DNA from: Schmidtea nova
Lineage: Eukaryota
Reading direction: 5' to 3'
Assembly (NCBI GenBank): GCA_044892505.1
Contig: CM097884.1
Span: 11,346,001-11,410,000, forward strand
DNA length: 64,000 nucleotides
The translations under genes and the position numbers were made by a program. This document shows positions 34,815 to 44,980 of the stretch, piece after piece; the stretch's first letter is position 1, and every line of letters starts with the position of its first letter. Under the pieces are notes generated by a model, which was not told the origin of the DNA, ran no database searches, and was given only the letters and a program-made list of their open reading frames with translations.

Positions 34815-36227
34815 ATTTGGTGTCAGAAGTTGCTCCCTCCCTCCAGTAACATTTATATTATCCTAAATAACACTTTATTTTATTCTATTCCCACATTTAT
34901 TATTTTTCCTATTCCTTCCCAAATGAAGGCGCTACAATCCTGGGCGGGACTAACTGAATTGACGGTACATGGAAACCACATCATAAGAACAACCGGGTTT
35001 TTAAACATTAAGAGGAAACAAGTATCACACAAGTTCCTCTTCCGGTGTCCTAACAAGACTTCCGGATGGCAACCTCTGTGTCCGACGAAGTCACATTTGT
35101 CCTCAATGTCTTCATTGCTCCTAGCAATTGGCGTCCCAAGGGAAACACACCGCCACTTCTTTGTCAAGAAGTCCCAATCGGCGACACATACCCCAGTCAT
35201 CACCACCTATTTCGACATTATTCCCCGTTTGACTGGAGGAATGCAAACTGATGAGGCTAACACAGACTGTGAAATCAGTCACATACAACCGCCAACACAA
35301 CAAACAACACCAGTTATTACACCAATACCGTTTTTCCTAGACGGCGTTGGCTCCCCACAAAAGTGGTTCCTGGCACTAGAAGTGACTCCAACCTTTCTAC
35401 CCACTCAATCTCAAGGGCAGAAGTTTGGTGCACTCTTGTCCATGCTTCCAAGCACTATTTACACCACATTGTCCACCGCCATTGCAACCGCAGTCACGGC
35501 AAGTGAGCCCTACAACTCACTGAAATCGGCAGTACTAGACGCCTACCGACCAAAATTAGATCATTTATATGAGGCTTGGTTCCGAAATCAACCTCTCAAT
35601 AATGAAAGACCAAGCGCCTTCCTCAAGCGAGCCAAGGAACAACTCGAGAGGATCCAGGCTGGTCTTACCAAAGACGACGCTCTACTCCGTAGGTTCTTTC
35701 TAAAAGCACTACCTACATCAGCACAGTCCATTCTTGCCGTTGTTCCAAACACAACATTGGAAGAACTGGCCAAAATTGCCGACAAGATCGTGGAAATCAA
35801 CACGTCACCTGTTACTCCATCACCGGTAGTCGCAACAACAAGCCTCCCACAAGCCGAATTAGGAGCACTAGTCAGCGCCATAGCTGCTTTAACATCGAGG
35901 ATGGACAATTTAGACGCAAGTCTACACACCCGAGGTCGAAGTCGAACAGACAGTCGTGACAACAATCAAAAACGACATCGGTCCACATCTGCACGAGGGC
36001 TCATATGCTCCTACCATAAGACGTACGGAGACAAAGCCCAACATTGCTATGTCGGTTGTAGGTGGAACAACCGACTTCCAACATGCCTGCCTCGCAACCT
36101 TTGCATCTATCACGCAATATTTAAGACCGAGGCCAAAACATGCTTGGAAGGCTGCCGTTTCCATACTGGTAATCACAATACCAGTAACGTTAATCAAAAT
36201 TCGTATAATAAGCCTTCGGAAAACTGA
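33486..36227 (+). CDS. gag: Copy 2 uninterrupted 913-aa ORF: LTR-encoded protein (aa 1-443) + leader + Gag (ATG 35241)
   Basis: Single open frame; Gag motifs FFLDGVGSPQKWFLALE, LRRFFLKALP, and two CHCC motifs CSYHKTYGDKAQHCYVGC and CIYHAIFKTEAKTCLEGC. Confidence 0.85.
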   Translation: MIFIMIKLIYIFEFIHSIFTNKLLQADIRLTDIARNIESVNATATYNVEFVNMKWKINVFYYKYFLDVRPLKVSANGKCLEVPINSYGYITTESKEAMLGYFRINDKYGISRLVESHDKRYQPIYIANVPVIILPEITEIVALEMKGFMELSKTLKLNIFNKHCYAKVVIVLYFYVNLSDNIEFVTEREKFIKIEICVQNILLRLNLIFNQLPWEIRIEFSVDNLPILTPKMCLSDFKGPRYPVSVNSYGNLSLSARELLELFKSDSSSRCFKLEGQMPFTGMVLMLNVTFYRSLTMIVQHYYIDIIFGLFVFIVCTMCIFEGSYMMNLLVSRKLRFYCQLMSYQNPKVNVVRVCTVLSNPCVYHFYMVIQSYEILLGSLPDGFDRALVRPGILLSLLSDKTKVYLYFFVNLCKLISEGTKIKLMNRQPRQKSAYLGVVSGSSIWCQKLLPPSSNIYIILNNTLFYSIPTFIIFPIPSQMKALQSWAGLTELTVHGNHIIRTTGFLNIKRKQVSHKFLFRCPNKTSGWQPLCPTKSHLSSMSSLLLAIGVPRETHRHFFVKKSQSATHTPVITTYFDIIPRLTGGMQTDEANTDCEISHIQPPTQQTTPVITPIPFFLDGVGSPQKWFLALEVTPTFLPTQSQGQKFGALLSMLPSTIYTTLSTAIATAVTASEPYNSLKSAVLDAYRPKLDHLYEAWFRNQPLNNERPSAFLKRAKEQLERIQAGLTKDDALLRRFFLKALPTSAQSILAVVPNTTLEELAKIADKIVEINTSPVTPSPVVATTSLPQAELGALVSAIAALTSRMDNLDASLHTRGRSRTDSRDNNQKRHRSTSARGLICSYHKTYGDKAQHCYVGCRWNNRLPTCLPRNLCIYHAIFKTEAKTCLEGCRFHTGNHNTSNVNQNSYNKPSEN

Positions 36228-36324
36228 AAACGCCATCGAACTCCCCCACAGTTTTTGATGGCGATCCCATAACCTGTGGACTCTTTTCTGTTCCCGCCGT
36301 ACCTCATTCCCAGAACTCTAATGA

Positions 36325-39318
36325 AGTCGATGCCCCATTCACTTCGTTATCGATAGCGGTTCCATCATCTCATTCCTACCTAATCGGTTCGGAATTGATA
36401 ATAATCAAAAAAGGTCCTTCCGGACAGCCAGTGGCGAAAACTTTTCCACTATTGGAACAAAAAACTTAATATTCCAAATTCCTGGTCTATCCAAAACTTT
36501 TTCATGGACATTCCAAGTCGCCGAGGTGATTCATCCACTCTTAGGTGCCGATTTTCTTGATGCCGAAGGTTTACTCCCTGATTGCAGAGAACGCAAATTA
36601 ATCCTCTCACAACACACACCTAGAGCTCAAGTTCTTGACCACCTCTGTAGCGACGCTCTCAATGTCTTACCCGCCACACCTTGCTATATACAACAATTAC
36701 TAAAGACGTTCCCAAACGTCGAAAAGAGATCAAACATTCACAAACAAACTCCCTCTTTTCTACACGTCATAGTCACCAATAACGGTATGCCTAACAGAGA
36801 ACGTATGCGACCACTCGCGCCCGAGAAGCTCACACTTGTCAAGGAAGAATTCAATAAGCTACTCGAAGCCGGTACTATACACCGATCGAATTCCCCTTGG
36901 GCATCACCCATCCATGTGGTTACAAAAAAAGACGGATCTATCCGCGCCTGTGGTGACTACAGACGCCTCAACAAAGTCACTATACATGACTCTTACCCCA
37001 TGCCACTTATATCAGACGTTCTTTCGAGATTACCTGAAGCTACAATCTTCTCCACTCTAGATCTAAAAAAGGCTTACCACCAAATCCCGGTAGCACCAGA
37101 AGACATCCCGAAGACCGCTGTTATCACCCCTTTTGGCTTGTTTGAATACAAATACATGCCATTCGGTCTCCGAAACGCAGCTCAAACGTTCCAGCGACAC
37201 ATTGACAATATTTTAGGAGACAAGAAATACATGGTGGCATACATCGATGACATCCTCATCGGGTCCAAAGATGCAACGGAACATCTTGAACATATCAAAG
37301 AAGTGTTCAGGTTATTGCACAATAACAATTTGCAAATTAACTTGGACAAATGTTCCTTCTTTCAATCGGAAATAAAATTCCTTGGACACCTTGTATCGAC
37401 GTCCGGAGTAAGACCACTTCCAGAACGCCTAGATACAATCCGCAATTTTTCACGACCAAATACAGTTTCCCAAATGCGCAGCTTCTTAGGAACTGTTAAT
37501 TTCTGTCACCGATTTATTCCAAGGATATCCGAGGTCACCGTACCTCTTTCCGCTCTCTGTAGCGGCCCAAAACACTCTCTCCTACCGTGGAATGACGAAC
37601 TGGAAAGAGCTTTTCAATCCGTCAAGGACGCAATGTCGACAGCACAATCTTTGTCATATATAAAGAACAATCTACCCCTATTTTTAACTACCGATGCGTC
37701 CAACATTGGCATTGCTGGAGTTCTCGAACAGAACAACACAGGGTGTCAAGAGAAAATCGAATTCTTTTCACGCAAATTAACCACACAAGAACAACGCTAT
37801 TCCACGTTTGACCGCGAATTATTAGCGATTTATGAATCAGTCCGCCACTTCCGCTACTTACTCGAAGGCAGATCTTTTTCTATTCAGACGGACCATAAAC
37901 CGCTAGTTCACATGATGGAAATGAAGACCCCTTCACCAAGACAGGGACGTCAAATCAGCTACCTATCAGAATTCGCGTTCACTATCACCCATCTCCCAGG
38001 TCGCCAGAATATTGTAGCAGATTATCTATCGCGAAATCTTGTTGCAACGATCACTACTGAGCCGATCTTCACTGACGACGTTCTCAGGTCTCTACCACCT
38101 TCCCCAAAAGACCTGTCATTCTTCCAAAATACAACGGTTTTCGATAAAGGCATCTACTACGACAACGCCTTATCTGGAAATATCCGCCCAATTTTGCAAG
38201 AAAAGTTAAGGCGCGAAGCTTTCAACCACACCCACAACCTTCACCATCCGGGCACGTCTGCAACATACAATCTACTACGTTCTCGTGTCATTTGGCCAAG
38301 TATGAGACAAGACGTAAAAGACTGGTGTGAATCTTGCTTAGGATGCCAACAACACAAAATCCACCGACATACTCGACCACCCTTACATAACTTTCCAACG
38401 GGAAACCGTTTTGAAGTGGTGCATGTCGATCTAGTTGGACCTCTTCCTCCAGACAACGGTTACACACATATATTAACCATGCTGGACAGAAAAACTCGTT
38501 TTCCAGTCGCTGTTCCTTTAAAATCCATTTCTGCCTATATTGTAGCATCGGCGATCATAGAACATTGGATCTCGATATTTGGTGTTCCTCTACATTTCAT
38601 TACCGATCAAGGACCCCAATTCGAATCCCATCTTTTTAAACAACTTTCGACACAACTAGGAATTAAACACCTGAGGACTAGTACCTACCACCCACAAACA
38701 AACGGAGCTGTCGAGCGGTTTCGCCGCACACTCAAGACATCCCTCCGAATACTTTCTACTTCAAAGAACTGGACAAAGGCCCTACCTTTTGTTCTACTAG
38801 GATGGCGCAATGCGCCATCAAAAACAACAGGTTCGTCTCCAGCTCAACTACTGTTCGGTACTAACGTCATGTTACCAAACGAACTTGTCGAGCTAAACGG
38901 CGAACCAACTTTAGAAAATCTAGCGGATGCAAGAAACCATTTCCTATCTTTGGACTCAAATCCAAATTTTTCAATGTCAAACACTTACAAACCATATATT
39001 CCAAGATCTTTTGATCGCGCAACTCATGTATGGATCCGCTCAATTGCCGATATCGGCCTAAAACCACGCTACGAAGGACCGTATTCCCTTCTCCAAATAC
39101 TTGATAACGGCACTGCAAAAGTTTCCATTAATGGAATGGATACAATTATAAATCTAGCCCGTCTCAAGCCAGCTTTTGGTTATATGGAAGAAGACCCCAG
39201 TCCTACAAATATCACATCGCATGCTGAGACACAAGACTTTACACCACCAAATCCTCAAGACCCCATACAAACCCATAATCTGCAGAGGGATAACCCGACC
39301 GTCGTTCGCTTACCTTAG
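36325..39318 (+). CDS. pol: Element A copy 2 pol (PR-RT-RH-INT)
   Basis: As copy 1, with at least four amino-acid differences. Confidence 0.95.
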   Translation, partial: SRCPIHFVIDSGSIISFLPNRFGIDNNQKRSFRTASGENFSTIGTKNLIFQIPGLSKTFSWTFQVAEVIHPLLGADFLDAEGLLPDCRERKLILSQHTPRAQVLDHLCSDALNVLPATPCYIQQLLKTFPNVEKRSNIHKQTPSFLHVIVTNNGMPNRERMRPLAPEKLTLVKEEFNKLLEAGTIHRSNSPWASPIHVVTKKDGSIRACGDYRRLNKVTIHDSYPMPLISDVLSRLPEATIFSTLDLKKAYHQIPVAPEDIPKTAVITPFGLFEYKYMPFGLRNAAQTFQRHIDNILGDKKYMVAYIDDILIGSKDATEHLEHIKEVFRLLHNNNLQINLDKCSFFQSEIKFLGHLVSTSGVRPLPERLDTIRNFSRPNTVSQMRSFLGTVNFCHRFIPRISEVTVPLSALCSGPKHSLLPWNDELERAFQSVKDAMSTAQSLSYIKNNLPLFLTTDASNIGIAGVLEQNNTGCQEKIEFFSRKLTTQEQRYSTFDRELLAIYESVRHFRYLLEGRSFSIQTDHKPLVHMMEMKTPSPRQGRQISYLSEFAFTITHLPGRQNIVADYLSRNLVATITTEPIFTDDVLRSLPPSPKDLSFFQNTTVFDKGIYYDNALSGNIRPILQEKLRREAFNHTHNLHHPGTSATYNLLRSRVIWPSMRQDVKDWCESCLGCQQHKIHRHTRPPLHNFPTGNRFEVVHVDLVGPLPPDNGYTHILTMLDRKTRFPVAVPLKSISAYIVASAIIEHWISIFGVPLHFITDQGPQFESHLFKQLSTQLGIKHLRTSTYHPQTNGAVERFRRTLKTSLRILSTSKNWTKALPFVLLGWRNAPSKTTGSSPAQLLFGTNVMLPNELVELNGEPTLENLADARNHFLSLDSNPNFSMSNTYKPYIPRSFDRATHVWIRSIADIGLKPRYEGPYSLLQILDNGTAKVSINGMDTIINLARLKPAFGYMEEDPSPTNITSHAETQDFTPPNPQDPIQTHNLQRDNPTVVRLP

Positions 39319-39797
39319 CAATTTTTATCATCACCGAAATTACTTCCAATCAAAAATGAAATCACTCCATCCCTCATAACTAATCACCCCACCACTCAGT
39401 TACAAATCGAAATTACATCAAACAGCACATTACAACCAATAGCTAACCAGAAGCAAATACCAATACAGAGAACAACACAATCATCGCAACCAGATAACAC
39501 ATGGTTTATCCCGGCAACTATATTGGATCAGCAAACTCAATCAACTCCTACTTCAAAATATACTCTGAAACCCATCCTAAAATCATCGAATAAGATACCC
39601 AAGGCACAACAAATTAAGAAAGTGCGTATAGCAGAATGGCACCGAACTAAAAGAATCGGCGAAAACCCAAACTTACCAATCCGCCTATCTAGAACTAACG
39701 ACTTGTAACCTAGGGCGGGCACCAATACTAACACTTCTAAAATCTTTTTTTTGTTTTCTTTTAAGAAAAACGCTCCGCGTTACTGGATGGGGGGTAA

Positions 39798-41460
39798 TGT
39801 AATGTTCTGTGGACACCCGTTTGAATACAAAATTCTGACATAAATAGATGTTTATGAGTGTTTTATGTACCTCTGAAATTGTGTGAATCGGAGTTGTAAA
39901 AAGGTTGTTAGATATGTGAAAATTTTATTATTTGGTTATTTTATTGTACATTGTTTAGGATTATGTGAATTGGGGTTGTAGAAAGAATTATTAAATATGT
40001 AAAAATTTTATTATTTGGATATTTTATTGTGCATTGTTTAAAAGAGTTTGTTAAGCGGTTAACCCGCGCAGAAATTAATAGAAATAAATATTTAAAAGAA
40101 ATTTCTTAAAATTTCTTACTAATTGATCAAATGATTTTCATTATGATAAAATTAATATATATTTTTGAATTTATCCACAGTATCTTTACAAACAAATTGT
40201 TGCAAGCCGATATTAGACTGACAGACATCGCCAGGAATATTGAATCTGTTAATGCTACGGCAACTTATAATGTTGAATTTGTCAATATGAAGTGGAAAAT
40301 AAACGTCTTTTATTTTCAAATACTTTCTAGATGTCAGGCCATTGAAAGTTTCTGCTAACGGTAAATGTTTGGAAGTGCCTATCAATTCCTATGGATACAT
40401 CACTACGGAGTCCAAGGAAGCAATGTTGGGATATTTCCGCATCAATGATAAATATGGAATCAGCAGATTAGTTGAATCGCATGATAAGCGCTATCAACCG
40501 ATTTACATCGCTAACGTGCCAGTGATTATTCTGCCTGAAATCACAGAAATAGTCGCCTTAGAAATGAAAGGATTTATGGAACTATCTAAAACTTTAAAAC
40601 TAAATATTTTTAATAAACATTGCTATGCCAAAGTTGTTATTGTGCTCTACTTTTATGTCAATCTTAGTGATAACATTGAATTTGTTACTGAGAGAGAGAA
40701 ATTTATAAAGATCGAAATATGTGTACAGAATATACTTCTCCGTTTAAACTTGATATTTAATCAACTCCCGTGGGAAATAAGGATCGAGTTCTCGGTAGAT
40801 AACTTGCCTATTTTGACTCCAAAAATGTGCTTGAGTGACTTTAAAGGTCCCCGTTATCCGGTTTCAGTGAATAGTTATGGCAATTTGAGTTTAAGTGCCC
40901 GGGAATTGCTCGAACTTTTTAAAAGTGATTCTTCTAGTAGATGTTTTAAGTTGGAAGGCCAAATGCCGTTCACCGGTATGGTTTTAATGTTGAATGTTAC
41001 TTTCTATAGATCTTTGACAATGATCGTCCAACATTATTACATCGACATTTTTTTCGGATTGTTTGTATTCATTGTCTGTACAATGTGCATTTTTGAAGGT
41101 TCTTATATGATGAACTTATTAGTCTCAAGAAAATTACGATTTTATTGTCAATTGATGTCCTATCAAAATCCGAAAGTGAATGTAGTTAGAGTATGTACTG
41201 TACTATCAAATCCATGTGTGTATCATTTTTACATGGTTATTCAATCTTATGAGATCCTCCTTGGGTCATTACCCGATGGTTTCGATAGAGCTTTGGTTCG
41301 ACCCGGAATCCTCCTTTCCCTGTTATCCGACAAAACTAAAGTATATTCATATTTTTTTGTAAATTTATGTAAATTAATCAGCGAGGGAACAAAAATAAAA
41401 TTGATGAATCGGCAACCACGCCAAAAATCTGCATACCTTGGTGTGGTTTCCGGTTCATCA
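39798..41460 (+). repeat. Element A LTR3 (1663 bp)
   Basis: Preceded by the PPT and followed by AA plus the TSD. Confidence 0.95.
40131..41460 (+). pseudogene. LTR3 copy of the LTR-encoded ORF (same frameshift as LTR1)
   Basis: ORFs 40131-40358 and 40342-41520. Confidence 0.8.
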
Positions 41461-41462
41461 AA

Positions 41463-42090
41463 CCTTGCTTTAAACCATCTTTCGATCTCTACGTTCAATC
41501 GGTTGAGCCATTCGGCGTGACTCTCGTTATTAGCTTTTCACGAGGACCTGAAAGCTTTTCTGTGTTCTTCTGGGGATATGTTGAATCTTTACATAATGGT
41601 GCCTTTTATCTCCTCGTAGTTTCTTGATTCTTCTGTCTATAGTTTTAACATGGCTTCCAGGGCTTTACCTGAAAGTAACGGTTCAATGAAAGCATACCAT
41701 TCTGTCTTTGGGATTTCTTGAATTGTCGCCCATCTCTCGAATCCTTCTAGGTAGACTTCGATCCTTTCTGTACAATTATATGGCAACAGCTTTGGAATCT
41801 GTGGGCTTTGTTGTATGCAGCGTTGACTCTCTCTTCTGTTTGTTGGCAATGATTTCTTTTCCTCGATCTCTAGCTTCTTCAATTCGAGTTGAAATGCTTC
41901 ATGACGTCGTCTTCTGTCTTCCAGTTCGTCTAGTCTTTTCCTCTTTTCTGTTTCGGCTTTCTTTTCTTCTCTATCTTCTTGTCTTCTTTTTTTCTCTTAA
42001 TTCATCTTGTCGTCTTTTTTCTTCTAATTCGTCTTGTCGTCTTTTTTCTTCTAATTGGAGTCTTCGTATCTCCGCTTCGTTTTTTTTGCT
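41463..42090 (-). pseudogene. gag: Element B gag N-terminal part
   Basis: EKR-rich coil, IEVYLEGFERWA...LLSGKALEA; rejoins 26506 in frame as WFKARDAKEMQD once A and one TSD copy are removed. Confidence 0.85.
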
Positions 42091-42101
42091 AGTGACGCCA
42101 T

Positions 42102-42231
42102 TGTTACGACAATAAATAAGACACGTTTTTAAAATATGTATTTTTATGAAAAACTGCTTATTTAAACAAAAATGTTTAAAGATGAATAAATCGATTTAGA
42201 ATTAATTCGTAATTAATTCTAAATTGTCACA
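42102..42231 (-). repeat. Element B 5' LTR
   Basis: 130 bp, matches 22935-23064, adjacent to the PBS. Confidence 0.9.
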
Positions 42232-42599
42232 CTCGGGTTTCCCATTAGCTCGGGTTTCCCATTAGCTCGAGTTTCCCACTAGCTCGGGTTTCCCATTAGC
42301 TCGGGTTTCCTATAGAGTAATTAATTATTTTAATTAATTTTTATTTTCTAAATATTTCTTTTTATTTTAATTAATTTGTATTTTCTAAATACCCCTTTTT
42401 ATTTTTATATACCCATATTCGAATTTGTCTCATCATTTGGAATCTTCCCATACCAGTTTCCCCCTCTCAAACTTTATTTTGATTTTTTATAAATTTTTAA
42501 TTAATGTTTACATATTAATTATTATTTTTCCAATTTTCGTATTTTTATTGATTTGTGCAATTTAATATTTATTTTCTGTAAATTTTAACAACCATAACA
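42232..42599 (-). repeat. Element C 5' LTR, distal half (17-bp GCTCGGGTTTCCCATTA minisatellite at 42232-42312)
   Basis: The minisatellite continues across the B insertion; the terminus TGTTATGG pairs with AACA at the other end. Confidence 0.55.
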
Positions 42600-42890
42600 G
42601 TTGTAGACGTCGCAAATCGATCGATTTAATACCCGATCTGGCGGAGGGGCTCGCAAAATAAAACCGCGGACAAATTTTTGCACGAACCGAATACTTTGAT
42701 ACTGTGGTGACATTATTGTATTAATTTTGCTGTGCTTGTTGATATTTTAAATGGATCCTTGCATGAATTGTAGTGCTTTGATGTTGAAATTATCCATTTT
42801 TATGTAGTAATAAATTCTTATCTATGTAAATTGTTGATTTAAGTTCGCTAGTTAGGATCTCAATGAATGTTTAAAGAAAAATTGTTGAAC

Positions 42891-43118
42891 AAGGGACAAA
42901 ATGGGCATCAAACATCCTATCGGTAGCCTTTGGACCCAGGAGATGTTCGGTCAATCATAGTTTCGAATTTTCGATGCTCACTGATTGCGAATATCCACCC
43001 ATTTGTTGCATTACCAACGTTACATTGTGACGGGCAACAAGATGGTTAAACTAATGTTTTGTATGTTGATGTGAGCCATTACAATGTCAAGGTCATATTG
43101 ACGATCAACAACACACCA
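42891..43118 (+). repeat. ~235-bp dispersed repeat, copy b
   Basis: Direct match to 14448-14684. Confidence 0.9.
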
Positions 43119-43446
43119 GTAATTAGTTTTCGCATATTGCTAATGCTGGTGTGTTGGTTGGTTGTTCAACAGAGATCATATGTGATTTTATATGTTAGGG
43201 TGATCTCGCCAACAAAAAAACATCTCCCCGCTGACACCCATGATGTATCCCTAACTACTCATCATGTTGGTGCTGTGTCAACGTTGTGAAATGACAAGGC
43301 AGGTGAGCAACCTTGCGGCTACTATTCCCTTGTTTATTCGCGGGTCCATCACTACCGATAGAAGGTTTATGTGGATTTGTTTCGGTCCCTATTTTATGCG
43401 CTCCTTTAACTTTTTTAGAATAACCCAATTTTGGATGCCTGTAGCA

Positions 43447-44203
43447 TGAAATGAATCGGTTCGATTTACTTTACTATTAATTTCACAATCCTTCCACAGA
43501 CAATCAAATCAATTCAACTCATTAAATATACATTTATTATTCATTCAATAACATTGAGGGATTTATCACTTCTAATAGTTGCCGTTCTATCAATCCACTC
43601 AGCAAATCGACCTCGATACCAATTCTTTCCGCGTAAGCCCTACGCTCTCGACGTCTTTTCGCTCCTAGACGGTTGCGACGTTTTGTCCTTTTCGAGCCTT
43701 CCCGTGGCATCGATACTGTTGGGGTGGTCGTCGTTGAACTGGATTCCGCCTCCGTCTGAGTACTTGTTGTTATAGCAACTGTATCCACCCATCGGTTGAA
43801 TGTACTCGCCCGGATCATTGGGCGCAATTGTTGGGTGATAAACTCCTGAGTGGAGGCTTTTAGGTAATTGTGCAGCTCTAATTTTACGGCCGCCACTTCT
43901 CTCGTCTGTTCTTCGGCTATCCGTTCTGCTCGGCATCGAGCTTGTAGGATTGATTTGACCCGTTCCGGGTTAAACCAGGTGGTTTTGATGCGCTGATGTT
44001 CATCGTTTAATTGACGTAATTGGCTCTCTAGAACTTTGGAGCGAGCTTTATGTTCTCTGGCCTCTCTCTTGTAGTCGCGGGAATGATCAGTATTCATCTA
44101 CAACAATATAGGTGCTTAGTTTGAGTTATGATTTAGTAACGGATGGGTGTTCCCGTTGTCCCTGATCAGCCTGTCACTAATAATCAACTTTACGTCAGTT
44201 TCA
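43447..44203 (-). mobile_element. Putative 3' LTR of a further element (E), 757 bp, TGAAA...TTTCA
   Basis: PPT AAAGGGGGGGCG immediately upstream (44204-44215); 5-bp terminal inverted repeat; internal AATAAA; no matching 5' LTR found. Confidence 0.6.
43537..44097 (-). CDS. 186-aa coiled-coil/Arg-rich protein inside the putative LTR E
   Basis: ATG directly after ttgttgtag; KRTKRRNRLGAKRRRERR; stop codon overlaps AATAAA. Confidence 0.6.
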   Translation of the reverse strand: MNTDHSRDYKREAREHKARSKVLESQLRQLNDEHQRIKTTWFNPERVKSILQARCRAERIAEEQTREVAAVKLELHNYLKASTQEFITQQLRPMIRASTFNRWVDTVAITTSTQTEAESSSTTTTPTVSMPREGSKRTKRRNRLGAKRRRERRAYAERIGIEVDLLSGLIERQLLEVINPSMLLNE

Positions 44204-44326
44204 CGCCCCCCCTTTATTAGCGATCACATCATACAAAATCACAACAAGGCTATTCTACAAATTTATTTATTCACAACAAAAATTCCAATCGCATCATTTC
44301 TCATATCCCGACGAAGACATTCTTTC

Positions 44327-44980
44327 CTAGAAGAAGGGCAGTATCTCTTGATCACTGTTTCGGTCGTCTGGTCTTCTTCCATCAGATTGATAGAGTTCTG
44401 GGCATGGGTGCCAACATAGCCTATCTCGGAGTTTGCTCGGTTCTGGATTGGGTTCCAACGTTACACTTCCCGGTGCGTGAGAGTAGAGCTGGATTTCCCC
44501 AGTGTCGCTACACCAAGGCCTATCCAGGAGTAGGTATCCGAGCCGGTAGAAATCTGGGCCCGTCATGCTTGCAGTGCATAAAATCCAGCGAGGCTGTCCT
44601 GTGTCATCCGTCATTTGGAGAAACCATCGTAGAGAATCCTGGTTGAGCTGGCTCGAAGATGCCGGCCACTCCGAATCCCCCTCCCATCGCAGTTGAATTT
44701 GGAAAGAGCATGACGATACTCTGGCTGCCGGATTGGTGTGTCGTCTCGTCCATCTACGGAGATGTCGACGTGCTTGCCGGGCAATCTGATTAGGAGCATC
44801 CTCCATCCCTTGAAATTTCATCCTTTGGGTACCAGTACGTGGCTCATGCGTAGATCGGGTACGGTTCCTGCTCCTCTTAGTTCGATTTGACTCCCGACGG
44901 AGTGACGAAGTTAACATCAGTTTGGTCATTCTTTCTTGTTTCATCAGACTAAACGAAGTTTTTTTTAGTTGAATTATCAC
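44327..44980 (-). other. GC-rich ORF of unknown function upstream of the PPT of element E
   Basis: 217 open codons; no recognisable pol motif. Confidence 0.35.

Larger units (their letters stand above)
26507..41460 (+). mobile_element. Element A: young tandem dimer of a CsRn1-like Ty3/Gypsy element with three shared 1.66-kb LTRs
   Basis: Unit period 6646/6645 bp; TSD CCTTG at 26502-26506 and 41463-41467; PBS TGGTGTCAGAAGT; PPT GGATGGGGGG; CHCC-type Gag motifs. Confidence 0.95.
22935..42231 (-). mobile_element. Element B: decayed Gmr1-like Ty3/Gypsy element (gag-PR-INT-RT-RH) with 130-bp LTRs; interrupted in gag by element A
   Basis: LTRs at 22935-23064 and 42102-42231 (3 mismatches); PBS TGGCGTCAC at ~42092-42100; PPT GAGGATAGGGACGGA at 23065-23079; TSD CTC(A/G)G. 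Confidence 0.9.
16116..42599 (-). mobile_element. Element C: decayed, 3'-truncated Ty3/Gypsy LTR retrotransposon (gag-accessory-env-PR); its 5' LTR is split by element B
   Basis: tRNA-Trp-type PBS, gag with CCHC knuckles, env and aspartic protease; LTR halves at 22361-22934 and 42232-42599; RT/RH/INT and the 3' LTR are not seen. Confidence 0.8.

Noticed and set aside
26507-41460. The tandem as a pure assembly duplication
   Set aside because: Units differ at several substitutions, LTR haplotypes are mosaic, and a single TSD flanks the array; long reads are still desirable
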